DNA of 64,000 nucleotides from Perna viridis (GCA_037379345.1 CM074511.1:17794001-17858000); one strand, 5' to 3'; positions 8,019 through 20,510 are shown, numbered from the stretch's first letter. Made by a program: numbers and translations. Notes: a model not told the origin generated them from the sequence alone.

Positions 8019-8277
8019 TGGAAGATGGTTTTTGGATGTACCATATGTGAAATGTAAACATCGTGTCGTCCGGAGATTTTTCATTGTTTGGTGAGTTCAT
8101 CGCCTTATCTATGTTCATAAACATTTTCTGAAGATTGCTATTTAATTATTGATTGAATGTGACCACAGTTTGCTTAGAAACAATTGTTTGTTTGCCCCTT
8201 TTCCTGCAATTTCGGTGCAGGAAAAAGGGGGAGGAAGGGTGTGTTTGATTACTATTTGGAGATCTTACTAAAAACCA

Positions 8278-9851
8278 ATGGCTAACTTTGACGGAAGTGG
8301 ACCAGACAGGTCCAATGGAAAGTCGGCTAATTATGATAGCAAATTTTCTAAGGAGAAAACTGTGTTAATTGCTTGTGCTCTGGAGGGTTTTGGAAAACTA
8401 GAGTCTGATTTGTTGATAGATGACAATGAATCGAAATGTGGTATAGGAAGTGTAATTGCATGTGTGCCAAAAACTGGTTACGGCTATGAAATTGTGTTTC
8501 GAGAAAGGCAGATGATGGAACCAGTACTCGGTGATCTGACTGTGGATGGAAAAAGATGCAAAGTGAGTGAATTGCAATCTAGCTTTAGATTAGTTTCGAT
8601 ACTTAATTTGAGTATGTATGTGACTGATGAGGAAATTGTGGATAGATTTAATAAAATTGGTGTTGAAATTGTTTCTGTTATTAAGAAGCATAAGATGAAA
8701 TCAAAGAACAATATTTATGATGGAACAAGAATTTTCAAAGCCAAACTTCCCCCGAATATGAAGTCCATCCCATATTCAATGAAGTTTTCAGTCAATGAGA
8801 AAGAGACTGCATATTACCGCGTGATTCATAATCACCAGGTAAAAGTCTGTAATGGTTGCTTTAGTCCTGACCACATGTATAAGGACTGTCCTGAATTCAA
8901 ATGTTTTGAATGTGGAGAGCAAGGTCATGTCAGCAAGAAATGCTTTAAGAATAAGTGCTCTAAGTGTTTGCATAAGAAAGTTAGCTGTAAGTGTAGTACT
9001 CCAAAGAAAACACACGTAGACAATTCTTTTGCTGAATTCCAAGGAACATTTACACGAGATGACGATGTATGGCCATGTAGCAGAATAATGGATGATGACC
9101 ATACCAATGGTGAGAGTAATATAACTGTTAATGCTCATCTTGATGATGTAAATGATGTCAGTGATAGCGGAAAGAATGATGTTTCGAATCATTCCACTGT
9201 TGAGCGTGGTGGTCAGTCTTCGGCTTGTAGTGATAATGGCGTTGCTAGTCATATCACTGAAGATGATGAGAATATTGATTTAGATGTTATTTCAAGTGTC
9301 GTTGCTAGCCATTGCAGTGATGAGGGTGATGGTAATGGTGATCTGAATGGTGCCGTTTTGGTCAATGATGATGAAGCTGAGATGGTAGATGGTGATGATG
9401 AAGTGTCTGGGGAAGTTGGACAAGATGATAGTATGGTTTATGGTGACCAAGAAAGAAACAAGACAGATAAAGAAGAAAGTAATGTTGATATTGAACTTAA
9501 TGTTAACAATGTTGATTATGTTAAATCTAAAAGTGAATGTGTTATGCCAAAAGAAAATGTTTCAGAAAATGATTGTAAAATAGGTTCTATTTTGAATATA
9601 GAAGCTTCTGTCTCCCCTCTAGAACAAATTAACAGTCAGGGGAAGTCAGTCAGAGTTCATGTGACACTTTAGACGACTTTGAAATGGATACTTTCCTGAT
9701 GACTGATAGTAGTCAAGGGGCAAGTGAAAATGATTTTACTCTTGTAGCTAAGAAAAAAAATGCCTTGGGTGTCAAGAGGCGTAGTAAGATTAATATAAAG
9801 CCTAATCTGAAAGCAGCAAGGTTATCGAATATACATAAAAAATTGAAATAA
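8278..9851 (+). pseudogene. E3 ORF1 with a 1-nt frameshift in a G-run at ~9639-9642; the homologous stop is at 9849-9851
   Basis: The called ORF stops at 9672. The E2-homologous C-terminus (CDTLDDFEMDT...KRRSKINIKPNLKAARLSN) continues in another frame to TAA at 9851. Confidence 0.85.
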
Positions 9852-9857
9852 GGAACA

Positions 9858-12800
9858 ATGGAGTGTTATATGTTTGCTATTTTACATTTTTGTTTTGCGA
9901 TGGCTTCTTTTAATTTTATAAGCCTTAATTATAATGGTCTTTGTGACAAAAATAAAAGAGAGTGTATTTTTGCACTGTGTAATGAAAGGAAATATGATGT
10001 TGTATGTTTACAAGAAACATTCTGGAATGATGATTTATATAAAATTATACAGAATGACAATAGTGTATGGGGTGGTGATATTTTTGCTAGTAATAGTAAT
10101 AGAAAAGGTGTGGCTATTCTTTTAAGTAAAAGATTGAGAAATGTTTATAAAGTTTGTGATAGTATATGTGGAAGATTATTGCATATTCAAGGTAAAGTTG
10201 AAGGTAAAAATGTTGATATAATCAATGTGTATGCTCCTAATAGTATCACTGATAAATGTACTTTTTTTAATGATTGTAAAGACAAAATATATGGAGATGA
10301 ATATTTTATAGTAGTAGGAGATTTCAATACTGCGTTCTGTCCTTTAGATAGAAGTGGAAAAACTACGTTTTATGCAGATAAATCTGTAAAATGTTTAACT
10401 AATTTGATGAATGATAAATGTTTATTTGATGTATGGAGAAATAGAAATATGAATGTCAAAATGTTTTCAAGAAAACAGGTAGTTCAAGGTTTTTTAACAC
10501 AAAGTAGGATTGATTATATTTTGGTATCTAGTAATTTAAAATCATGTATAAGAAATATTTTTTATAGCGACACATGCTTTAGTGATCATAGCATTGTAAA
10601 TATGAAACTTGATTTCTCTGAAGTTGAAAAAGGACCTGGTGTTTGGCTTTTTAATGAAACCTTATTAAATGATGATGTTTATGTTGAAAAGATTAGACAA
10701 ATTTTATTTGATGAAATTGGTTCTGATTTTTATTTGTCAAATCCACTTATTTGGTGGGATAATTTGAAATATAGAGTAAAGAAAGTCAGCCAAATATATG
10801 GAAAAGAGAAACAAAAAGAATTAAATAGAGAGTATTTTAGGTTACAAAATAAGCTGCAAGAAATGTCTGTGAAGTCAGCTTGTGGTATATCAATTGATCA
10901 TGTCAAATATTTAGAATTGAAAGATGAATTAGAAAGTTTAGAAAAACACAAATGTAATGGTGCTATTATTAGATCAAAATGTCAGTATTCAATTGAAAGT
11001 GATAAGAATACAGCTTATTTCTTAAGTTTAGAGAAACATAGACAAAACAGAAATATGATATGTAGTTTAAAAAATTGTGATGGTGTTGTTGTCAATGATT
11101 CTGCTGAAATGTTAGATGTTGTACACAATTTTTATGAGAAACTCTTTTCTTGTGTTCAAACTGATCATGAGGCAATAGAGGAAATGTTAGACTGTGTTAA
11201 CGTTAGTGTTGAAAATTGTGATATTGAAAACTGTGATTGTGAAATTATTAGTGATGAAATTGAAACCTCTATAAAAGGCATGAAAAAGGGTAAAACACCT
11301 GGCCCTGGTGGGCTTACTGTAGAATTTTATTTATACTTTTTTAGTGAGTTGAAACCTGTATTGAAATATATTTATGACTGTATTGGAGAAAATAAAATTT
11401 TGTCAAGATCTATGAGATATGGAATGATTAACCTGATTTATAAGAATAGAGGTGACAAGTCTGACCTGAAAAACTTCAGACCTATAACTTTGTTAAATGT
11501 TGATTATAAAATTTTAGCCAGAGTAATGGCCAACAGATTTAAATTTGTATTACCAAAGATTATATCACCAAATCAGAGTTGTTGTATTATTGGTAAAGAT
11601 ATTTCTGATACTACAGTAAGTATCAGAGATATTATAGAATTAGTAGAAATGGATGATTTGGAATGTTATTTGCTGAAACTTGATCGGGAAAAGGCATTTG
11701 ACAGAGTTGGACATGACTACTTATTTTCTGTATTGCAGAAATTTGGATTTGGGGAGAAATTTATTTCATGGATAAAGATATTTTATACTGACATTTTCAG
11801 CACTGTCAAATTCAATGGTTTTTTGTCCAAGTATTTTCAATTAAAGAACTCTGTAAAACAAGGGTGTCCTATATCAGCTTTGTTATATGTGTTAGTTGCT
11901 GAACCCTTGAGTATTATGATTAAAAGGAATGATAGAATTCATGGTATACAAATTCCCAATGCATCTGGTGAGGAGAAAATATTTTCACATGCAGATGATA
12001 CAACATTGATATTGTCTGACAAAAATTCAGTAAATGAGGCCTTTGGAGTTTTAAATTTGTATGAACAAGCATCTGGGGCAAAATTGAATAAAGATAAATC
12101 TGAAATTTTGGCATTGGGTACCGGAAAGGTATCGAAACAAGAAATAGATGCTTGGAATATTAAAGAGTGTGATGGGGTTCTTCAGCTTTTAGGTATATGG
12201 ATTGGCAAAGACAAAACTGTTTGTGATAATTTAAATTGGGATTGCAAAGCGCAATCTATTTCAAAATTATTGAATTTTTGGAAAATGAGACATTTATCAA
12301 TACAGGGTAGAGTAACGGTTATAAATACCTTGTTGATGAGTAAATTATGGTATACTCTAATGGTGGTTAATATACCTGAGAAATACTATTTAGACATTAA
12401 AAAGATGTGTGTAGATTTTTTGTGGAATAATAAGCCATCATTGGTTGCATATGATGTTATAATAAATAGAGTTTTGAATGGTGGTTTAAATTTTCCAGAT
12501 ATATTTCACAAAATGTATGCTTTTAGACTTAAATTTTTAAGTCGATTGTTAGATAATGATTATAATGCAGTGTGGAAACATACTTGCACTTATTTTTTAT
12601 CAAAAGTTCTAGATATGAATCTTGGTATGGAAATTCTATTTTGTGATCTTAATAATAGACAATTAGGTATTTTACCTGATTTTTTTAAGTGTATGTTATA
12701 TGCTTGGGGAAAGATTCGTACTCATATGGAAATTGATATAAATGTGAATAATGTATTTGATATTCCATTGTTTTATAATCCAATGATAGTAAATGATGGG

Positions 12801-13753
12801 AAAATGTTGTATATTAAACCCTTTGTAGATGCAGGAATAGTTAAAATTAAAGACTTGGCATTTGAATGTAAAAAAGGTTTTTTTTGAAGAACAAATATGT
12901 ACAGGATATAGTCTCTCAAAGGTTTCCTGAGTTAGTTGCTGATAGAATTGTTGATGTAGTTCAGTGTATTAAGCAGTGTATTCCAGAACAGGTAAAACGT
13001 TTAGTCAGAGAAAATGCATATAACTATAATAAACCTGTTTTGAATGTAGTATATAATGATAATGGTAAAAAATATACATTACCTAGAACGGCAAAAATTT
13101 GTTATGGTATGCTCTTAGAAACTAGTACAATAATGCCAAATGCTGTCAGCTACTGGTATGAAGTATTTAGTGATTTTAATGTACAAAAGGTTCAAAATAT
13201 TTTGAATTTTCCATTTTTACCTAGTGACTGTATTGAAACATCGTTTAAAATTTTCCATAGAGTTTTATTTACGAAGGAGAGATTATTCAGATGTCATATT
13301 ACTATTGATTCTTTATGTCCAGTATGTTATGATGTACATGAAGATTTGGAACATCTTATAATTTCATGTAGATGTTTAACTAAATTCAACAACTTTTTGA
13401 AGGATTTCCTACATAATATTTTGTGCAATAGCTCTACAAGATATGTCAATATGCTTGATTTTAATTTTCTATGTTATTTTGGATTAACTGAGAAAGATAA
13501 AAACAGTAACTATTATTTTGTTAATACTGTCTTAGCATTTAGAAAATTTTGTGTTGTGAAAAGGAGAAATGTAGCTGTGAAAGATGAGAAAGTACTAGAT
13601 ATTCTAAATTATTTTAAGTCCGTACTTCAGCGACATGTAAATTATGCTTATATGTATTATAAAAAGAAGAACTTTTCATTGTTTGAAAAATACTACTTGA
13701 AAAGAAATCCTGTTTTACGTATCTGTGACGAAAATGTTGTGATTGACTTTTAG
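9858..13753 (+). pseudogene. E3 ORF2 (APE-RT-CCHC), split by a frameshift in a T8 run at 12878-12885
   Basis: ORFs 9858-12887 and 12884-13753 together align end to end with E2 ORF2. Confidence 0.88.
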
Positions 13754-13903
13754 TATGCAAGCCATTATATAATATGGAAGATTGACTTAACGTACATGAT
13801 ATTAATAACTTTTATCTGTGATATGTGAATTAGTGGGAGATTAGCCCAATAATTCTTTTATATGTAAATATATATCTGTGAATAAACTTTTATCAAGAAA
13901 AAA

Positions 13904-13995
13904 CCGCTTCTCGTCCGATCACCGAAGTTAAGCAGCGTCGAGTCCGGTTAGTACTTGGATGGGTGACCGCCTGGGAATACCGGATGCCGTACACA
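13904..13995 (+). rRNA. 5S rRNA: 5S rRNA gene, 3' part (nt 28-119) downstream of E3
   Basis: 5S sequence with G31C and G116C variants. Confidence 0.96.
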
Positions 13996-14612
13996 TTTCT
14001 TTTTAGTTTCCTTCTCTTTTTATTTTATCACATAATTTTTCACAGGTTGATATTAGAGTATCCGTTCTTTGTATTAGAGTAAGCATTTAATGAAAATCTA
14101 AAATTGCAAAGCTAGTTATTAGTTTTTTAAAAGTACGAAACGAATAAGGGGGCGGGAGTATACACATTGCATGACTTGGGGACGACTTCCATCTTGCAAT
14201 TGTGACTAGAATTTGGACGTCGCATGGCGACAGGCAGATGAAAAAAGAGGCACGTTTGGAAGCGGCCGGTGAGTAAATTTCTCTAGTCTATTTAAAACCA
14301 ATTTGACAGGTTACATTACCAATATTGGATCAATTGAGTCAGAAATTAGCGCGCGCACGGACTCCTCGTGCGCGGACTGCTCAAGACAAATGAACCCCCC
14401 TCTATGGACACAACCAGAAAAAGGAAAGGAAACTAAAAAAAACCTGCATTTGTTATCTGCTTGTGGTTATGCGTCGGTTTGGAATTATTATTTTCGTCAC
14501 TCTGTTCGTACTCGATTTACACGACGGGACCAGATTTCCAGAAAGACAAAATCTTTCCTCAGTTTGTTAATGTACCAGAATATTTAGAAGGCAAATTTTT
14601 ACGCCATTTACT
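13996..14612. repeat. 5S rDNA spacer, copy 3 (terminal), with an internal ~50-bp deletion and a diverged last ~80 bp
   Basis: Near-identical to spacers 1 and 2 up to ~14530, then clearly more diverged. Confidence 0.88.
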
Positions 14613-14657
14613 GTTTACGACCGTATCACGGTTCTCTTCAAGTCCATTAAGTACTTG
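14613..14657 (+). pseudogene. Degenerate terminal 5S pseudogene with internal deletions
   Basis: GTTTACGACCGTATCACG (nt 1-18), then GTTCTC (nt 31-36), then TTCAAGTCCATTAAGTACTTG (similar to nt 61-81). Confidence 0.72.
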
Positions 14658-15744
14658 TTAATGTCCAATTCAATGCCCTAGAGGCACAAGCAACGAGGAA
14701 AAGAAAAAAAAAACTTATTATTGTACCATGATTTATCTAATTCCATAATTGGTCCGATATTTCTGTTCTCCCATAAAACACTGCTGTTGTTAGTTTTATA
14801 AAGCTCGTTTGTCAAGTCAATTTCATTACATATTTGAAAAAAAACCGCCTGTGATACTTGAAATTAAATGCGACGTCTCTTTAGCTTGATGAGCCCTGTA
14901 TACTGAGGTTTCCATTTGGTTGAACTTCATTGCCCCTGACAGGCAAGAATCGCGAAGCTTGGAAAACAAGACTCTCAAAATCATTATATTAATGGTACGG
15001 TGATCGTAGAGGTTTTTCACCACACTTACGTAAGTAAATAATATTGAAAATCTACATTTTACCTTTTCTGTTAATTGCATGGAGGCAAATTAATCACACA
15101 TGTAAACAATTGATAGTAATTTTTGTAGTAAATTACAAATATGATTTAGAGTACACATTCTCAGCTTTATTTTGAATTCTTTTGATCAACATACACACAG
15201 ATTATGCACTTACAAATGTATAGATCTAGGTTCTATGTGTTTTTGGTACAACATAGGCAGTTTGACCTGTAAATGGAACGTGAAACGAACGACTCTTACA
15301 AGGAGGTCAAAGATGGTTAATTTTTTTTTTTTTTTTTTTGCAGTTTCTTGCTTTTATTTTTCGATCATAGCGCATATGGATAAGGTTTTAAGTACCAGGC
15401 CATATATAATTCAGACACTCCCTATGTTAAGGTGATTAATGGTATAGAGAAACCCACAGAACGAACGATGCTTTTTTGTTTTTGTATGCAGCATTTTTAT
15501 GTAACAATGGTCTTCTCAGTATTTAGATCTGTACTTTTGAAAAAACTACACTTCACACTAAAATCAAGCGAATCAAACCAAATCAAGAACGTTAACTCTT
15601 GCAAAGTGCTAATTTCATGTGCAATCTATATAAATTTTATCTCGAAAGCGCAACACACAAGTGAAAAACTAAGACTGGCATTGTGGTCTCTAACTGTTTC
15701 TGAACAGAAAAAAAGTGAATTTGGTGGGTTTTTTAAAGTTAAAA

Positions 15745-16627
15745 ATTAAAGTGAAACTTTGCGAAAGTGTATATATCTATAGTGGGAAGCTCCCTTTAAT
15801 TTGTTTTTACTTTTTTATTATTATTTTATTTTTACTTCTATTTTTTTTTCTTTTTCGAAACATTGAAAATTTATTCATAGAAAAAGCTGTCGTTTTCTAT
15901 AGTTTTTGCAAAATAATTCAAAAACGCTTTCACCTATTATAATGAAACTTCGAGAAAGTGTTTACATCCATTGTGGAATGCCCCTTTAATTTTTTAAGAA
16001 ATATTCCAATTTTTCGTTTTTGAGTTAAGAAAATTTATTCATAAAAGTGGGTGTTTCCAGTTTTCGCGCAATATCTCAAAAAAGTTTCCAACAATGAAAA
16101 TGAATACTGAAAACTGAATATGTCTATAATGGGAAGGTCCCTTTAATTTTTTTAGCAATTCCATTTTTTTTTTTTTTGAGTTACGGGAATTTATACATAA
16201 TACAAAAACGAGGGGTAACAAAAAAAAACGCTAGCAATTATTTAAATGGAACTTTTGGAAAGTTTATATATGTAAAGTGGAAAGTTCCATCCATTTTTTT
16301 TTGTTTTTGTTTTTTGTTTTTTGTTTTTGTTTTTGTTTTTTTTTGGGGGGGGGGATTGCAATTTTTCATTTGAAAACACTTGAGACAACTTGTGGTTTGC
16401 GATGGTATTTGATCCAATTCAACATGATGAAACCAATCCTATTTTTAAGTATAAACCTTTTTAAAGTATGTGTTCTTCTCCATGCACATGCACATGTTTA
16501 TGCAGTATTGGTATAAAATCTACTTAGCAGTTCAGTGAATTATTAATGCGTTGTCCAAGTATCAGTTGACAAATCTTTCATGTGCGGGGCGTCATCTGTG
16601 TCTCCCAGACACAAAGAATTTTCTAGT
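15745..16627 (+). repeat. Degenerate ~150-190-bp tandem repeat inside a probable non-autonomous Helentron/Helitron-type element
   Basis: About four units carrying TGAAACTT..GAAAGTGT.TA.ATC.AT.GTGG.A..CCCTTTAATTT, and a 3' end GTGCGGGGCGTCATCTGTGTCTC..GACACA..TTCTAGT. Related units occur near 31860-32050 and 34950-35190. Confidence 0.55.
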
Positions 16628-17703
16628 GTATTTATATTTTAAGTGTTTTGGCTAAATAGTTGTGACCAAACATGTGGAGTGCGGGGGTACCACTTTGTCT
16701 AATGGTACCACTGACATCAAACATATAAATAAGATGAAGACATGGGGTCCAGATGAGCGATACCAGTCCTATAGGGCCTCTCGTTTTAGGAAAGTTGGTA
16801 TTCAATAACTTTTTTTTGTAATTTGTGTTAACAAGCACAGTCATACTTGTTAATGGTATGCAAAGATAAAAGAGCATGCCCGGCCGCAGGGATGTGACAG
16901 AACTAAGGAGATGCATTCTTTCTGTTCCAACACTGGTATTGATTTAATGCACCTAGACAAATATCCAAATTTTGAAACCCTGCAGGTACAATTCCACCAT
17001 TCCCAGGTAACACAGCCTTTGAAGTTGACATTGTGAACTGGAGAATAAATTGTATCGAAGAAACAAAGGTAACACACCAGAAATAGCACTTCAGCGCGGA
17101 GAATTCAGATTTACGACTTCTTACGTAATAAATTTAAAGTGTTTAAACATATCTATGCAGTGGATTTAGAATATAACAGCACCTTCCGTCTGTAATTATA
17201 CCTATAGATTGTAATGAAGCATTACAATTAGCGCTAAATTGACAGACTTGAAGTGTGCTACATGCCTGCATGTCTCCTATTAAGCATGTTTGAACATAGT
17301 TTGACTAACCGAGATCTGAAAAAAATCAGCAATGCTTAACCGTTTGTGTCGGCTGTAAGTAACCTCAACGTTTATAGCCTTAATAATAAGAAACAGGTGT
17401 AACATATTAGAGGACCAATAGTATATAGCATCTTTGATATGAAAGAAGTGGTTTAATATTTCGACGTGCAAAAATGTTTAGCTTGTATTCTAATATATTA
17501 TAATGCGAAAAAAACAAATGAACTCTCGATCCTGACTCTAATAAAAGCCGAATCACGTAATATCCTGATTACCAGGAGACACGTGCCAGGAGACTCCAAT
17601 TTAAACAGTCCGTTTTCTTTTTGTCTCTTTCCGAACTTAAGTTTTTGCAAAAAATATTAACCATGACTTATTATATTGAACAAGCATCACACTGTGGCAT
17701 TAT

Positions 17704-17857
17704 AGTGGCGGATCCAGATTTTTAGGTAAGGGGGCCCCAAAAAAATTTCTTGACAGGATCACCGGTGAGGATCACGAAGTGAGTGTTTTTCATGATTAAT
17801 TTTTTTTTTTCAAAGCCCCCCCCCCCGCCCCTTCCCCTCTGCATGGATCCGCCGCCG
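17704..17857. mobile_element. Short MITE with GTGGCGGATCCA...TGGATCCGCCGC terminal inverted repeats
   Basis: Visible TIRs and G/C runs; a related copy lies at 28186-28357. Confidence 0.65.
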
Positions 17858-19270
17858 CATTACAAACTTTTGATGAGGACATTTAATAATGCACAGAGTC
17901 ACACGAAAGTGAAAGTAGAAATGGGCTGTTTATAGTTTTTGACTACTTCGTGGACATCCCTTATTTTTGGCAGAAAATTGATTTTCTATTTCTCCCGAGT
18001 GAATCATTCTTTAAAATATGTTTTCAAGTCTTAAAAATTTAATTTTATCATTTACTATATAAGTATTTGGAAAAATATATCCAAGACTGAGACTTACTGT
18101 TATTTATTTGTTATATAAAAATTTGAATTTAGTTATTCAAACGTGTAGTTATAATAACACTTGAGTTGCTGAATTCAAATTTTTAGATAACACATTTATT
18201 GAATTTTAAGCTCTGCTTCACTTCTAGAAAAAGAACCAGTTTGGTCTTTAACTTTCTAGTAGTTTTGAATCTGTTTTAATCCGACAATGTTCATTTATCG
18301 ATGATTTCTTAGATACATTCGATATTATGTATATTTTGTAAGTCAAAATTTATTCTATACCTACAATTGTCGTTAGTTTTTTCAGGTTTTTTTTTTTTGC
18401 AGAAAATATATTTAAAGTTCTTGTCCACATAATATATCAACAAATTAGTCAACAAAAGTTATTTTATGAATTTTTAATCGGCTGAAAAGTTTTGGAAAGT
18501 CGAAATTCAGTTGCCAAGTCTTCAGATAAAGAATTAATGCACGGGTTATTTGATTTCCTTGGTAGATAGAATTTTCATACGCGGGAAATATTTTTTTTGT
18601 TTTCGCTTGCTTAAGAATGTAGACCTACATTATTTTTATGTAGGCTAAGGAACGTAACTCTTGAAGTCAGTGACTTGTTCGCAAATAAATATTCATATTC
18701 ATCAAAACCTGCCAAGTATTCATTTGAAACAGAATAAAATAAATCTAAGTTGCTTAGATGCTTGCATGAGATTTATTTAAAATGGTTTTCACAGACGTAC
18801 CATTGATTTGTAAAAGTTATTCCCCTAAAACCAGGTCTTAAGTTATTCCCCTTACACCAGGTCTATCTCCTGTGCTGAGGGTATATTTGCTATTCCAAAG
18901 TTTTAACACATTTGCCCTACTCCGTTGCTGAAGTCAAGCACTTAATGTAAATCATCAGTACAGTATACCGAAAACAGCTTCGCGTTTTCGTACTTAGTAG
19001 TGAGCTCATTCCCTGTGTATCAGAGCCTATGAGCTAGCGTACTATTACGTAGTTGCTCATGAGGCGGTTATAGGTCCTTAATGAGGCGGATTTTTTTTCA
19101 TATCATGATTAATGCAAAAATATGTGATTTTATTTTAAAGAATTGTGACAAATTTACAGAACTGATAAGTCTAGGCAAAAGTCAAAAAGGAAAGTTTGTA
19201 TAATAAATGGCCATATGAATGTAAAAACCGGAAAGCTGGAAACCACCATAATGGTCCTGACTTTGTACAG

Positions 19271-19791
19271 ATTGATTGATTGTTGGGGTTTAACGCCCGA
19301 GCAGCAATATTTCAGTTATATCCAGGCGAAGAACATGAAATGGATGATAAAATGAACATGAAATGATATATTGAAAAATGGGATGGGACACAAGGATAAT
19401 GGGGTCGACAAATTTTGATTGCATGCCACTGGAAATAGTGAGAGGTGGGTAGGGGTCGGGTAATTTAGCCTACTGTGGCGGAGCCCCATAGTTCCTACTC
19501 CGATAGAATACCACAGAAAGGTTCTTTAACGTGCGAGGAACGTGACATTTTCCCAACACGATGCACCATCATGGTTTGCGGTCAGGTTTTCCGTATTATG
19601 GCCTGACGACCCAAGCATTTAACATGCCAGGGATGCCCCATTCCACCACCTGGGGCACACAACCCAGTTGCTCTGTGGGCAGATCGCCCTAGCCCCCGGT
19701 CAGGGTTCTCAGCACAATTTCAGTCGCCTTTTACGATAAGCTTAGTGCTGCCGCGTGCCTATTTTTTTTAACAACCGGACCCGCATGGGGC
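19271..19791 (-). mobile_element. SINE-like non-autonomous retroelement with a (CAAT)n tail and a 12-bp TSD
   Basis: Flanked by GACTTTGTACAG (19259-19270) and GACTCTGTACAG (19792-19803). ATTGATTGATTG at the left end is the minus-strand tail; the body is GC-rich. Confidence 0.75.
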
Positions 19792-20099
19792 GACTCTGTA
19801 CAGGCAGGTGGGATAAGTCACGTTTTATAGCGCTTTAAATCTCCCGCTTCCATTACGATTAATTATTGCCAGTATATAACATTCATTCCGGGTGCTGGTC
19901 GGACAGTTTTAACCCCATCCTCTTACGCAGGCAAACAGAAATTCCAATGGGCCATGCCTAATTACTTCTCTCAGTTGTGACCATATTGGTCGATAATTGT
20001 TTTCGTAGATCTTTATTGGTGTAGATTATTAATTTTATTTTTGAAACAGCATTACACTGCTCCAAAGGCTAATCTTGAAAAAAAACTCACCTGAACAGA

Positions 20100-20510
20100 T
20101 ATTACTATCAATATGGAGTTGATTTTGAGGGTTAAGGCGTCAACCATTTAGGAATGAGGGGCCAGAAAGTGCCAGAAACAAGCATTTTCCTGATGTCGAG
20201 ACATGAATTTGGCTATAAGAAATGTGATTTTTTTTAATTGAACTCTACCACAAGGTGCCATACCATGAAATGAAGGCTTGGATTAATCGGACCTGTGCTT
20301 TAAACCAATTAGGTGTTAGGGGCCAGAAACAAGTGATTTCCTGATGTCCAGAAATTACTTTAGTATAAAAGTGGATGGATCTCTTCCAAATTTAAATATA
20401 AGATGCCATACCTGAAAAGGAGACTGAGATTGATTTTGGGGTAGTGACATTAGCCAATTTTGAATTGGTGACCAGAAACAAGATTTTTTATTATTTGTGG
20501 ATAACTTTAG
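20100..20510. repeat. Degenerate ~150-160-bp tandem repeat (about three units)
   Basis: GG.G.CCAGAAACAAG...TTT recurs near 20160, 20320 and 20467; (G/A)TGCCATACC recurs in between. Confidence 0.55.

Larger units (their letters stand above)
8019..13903 (+). mobile_element. Full-length Tx1/L1-clade non-LTR retrotransposon E3 (~5.9 kb) in 5S rDNA, with two frameshifts
   Basis: Same architecture as E2. The A-tail abuts 5S nt 28 at 13904, and the target duplication is short (9-13 bp). Confidence 0.94.

Noticed and set aside
1581-12114. Antisense and alternative-frame ORFs overlapping ORF1/ORF2
   Set aside because: Shadow ORFs produced by codon bias; their lengths and ends are not conserved between E2 and E3.
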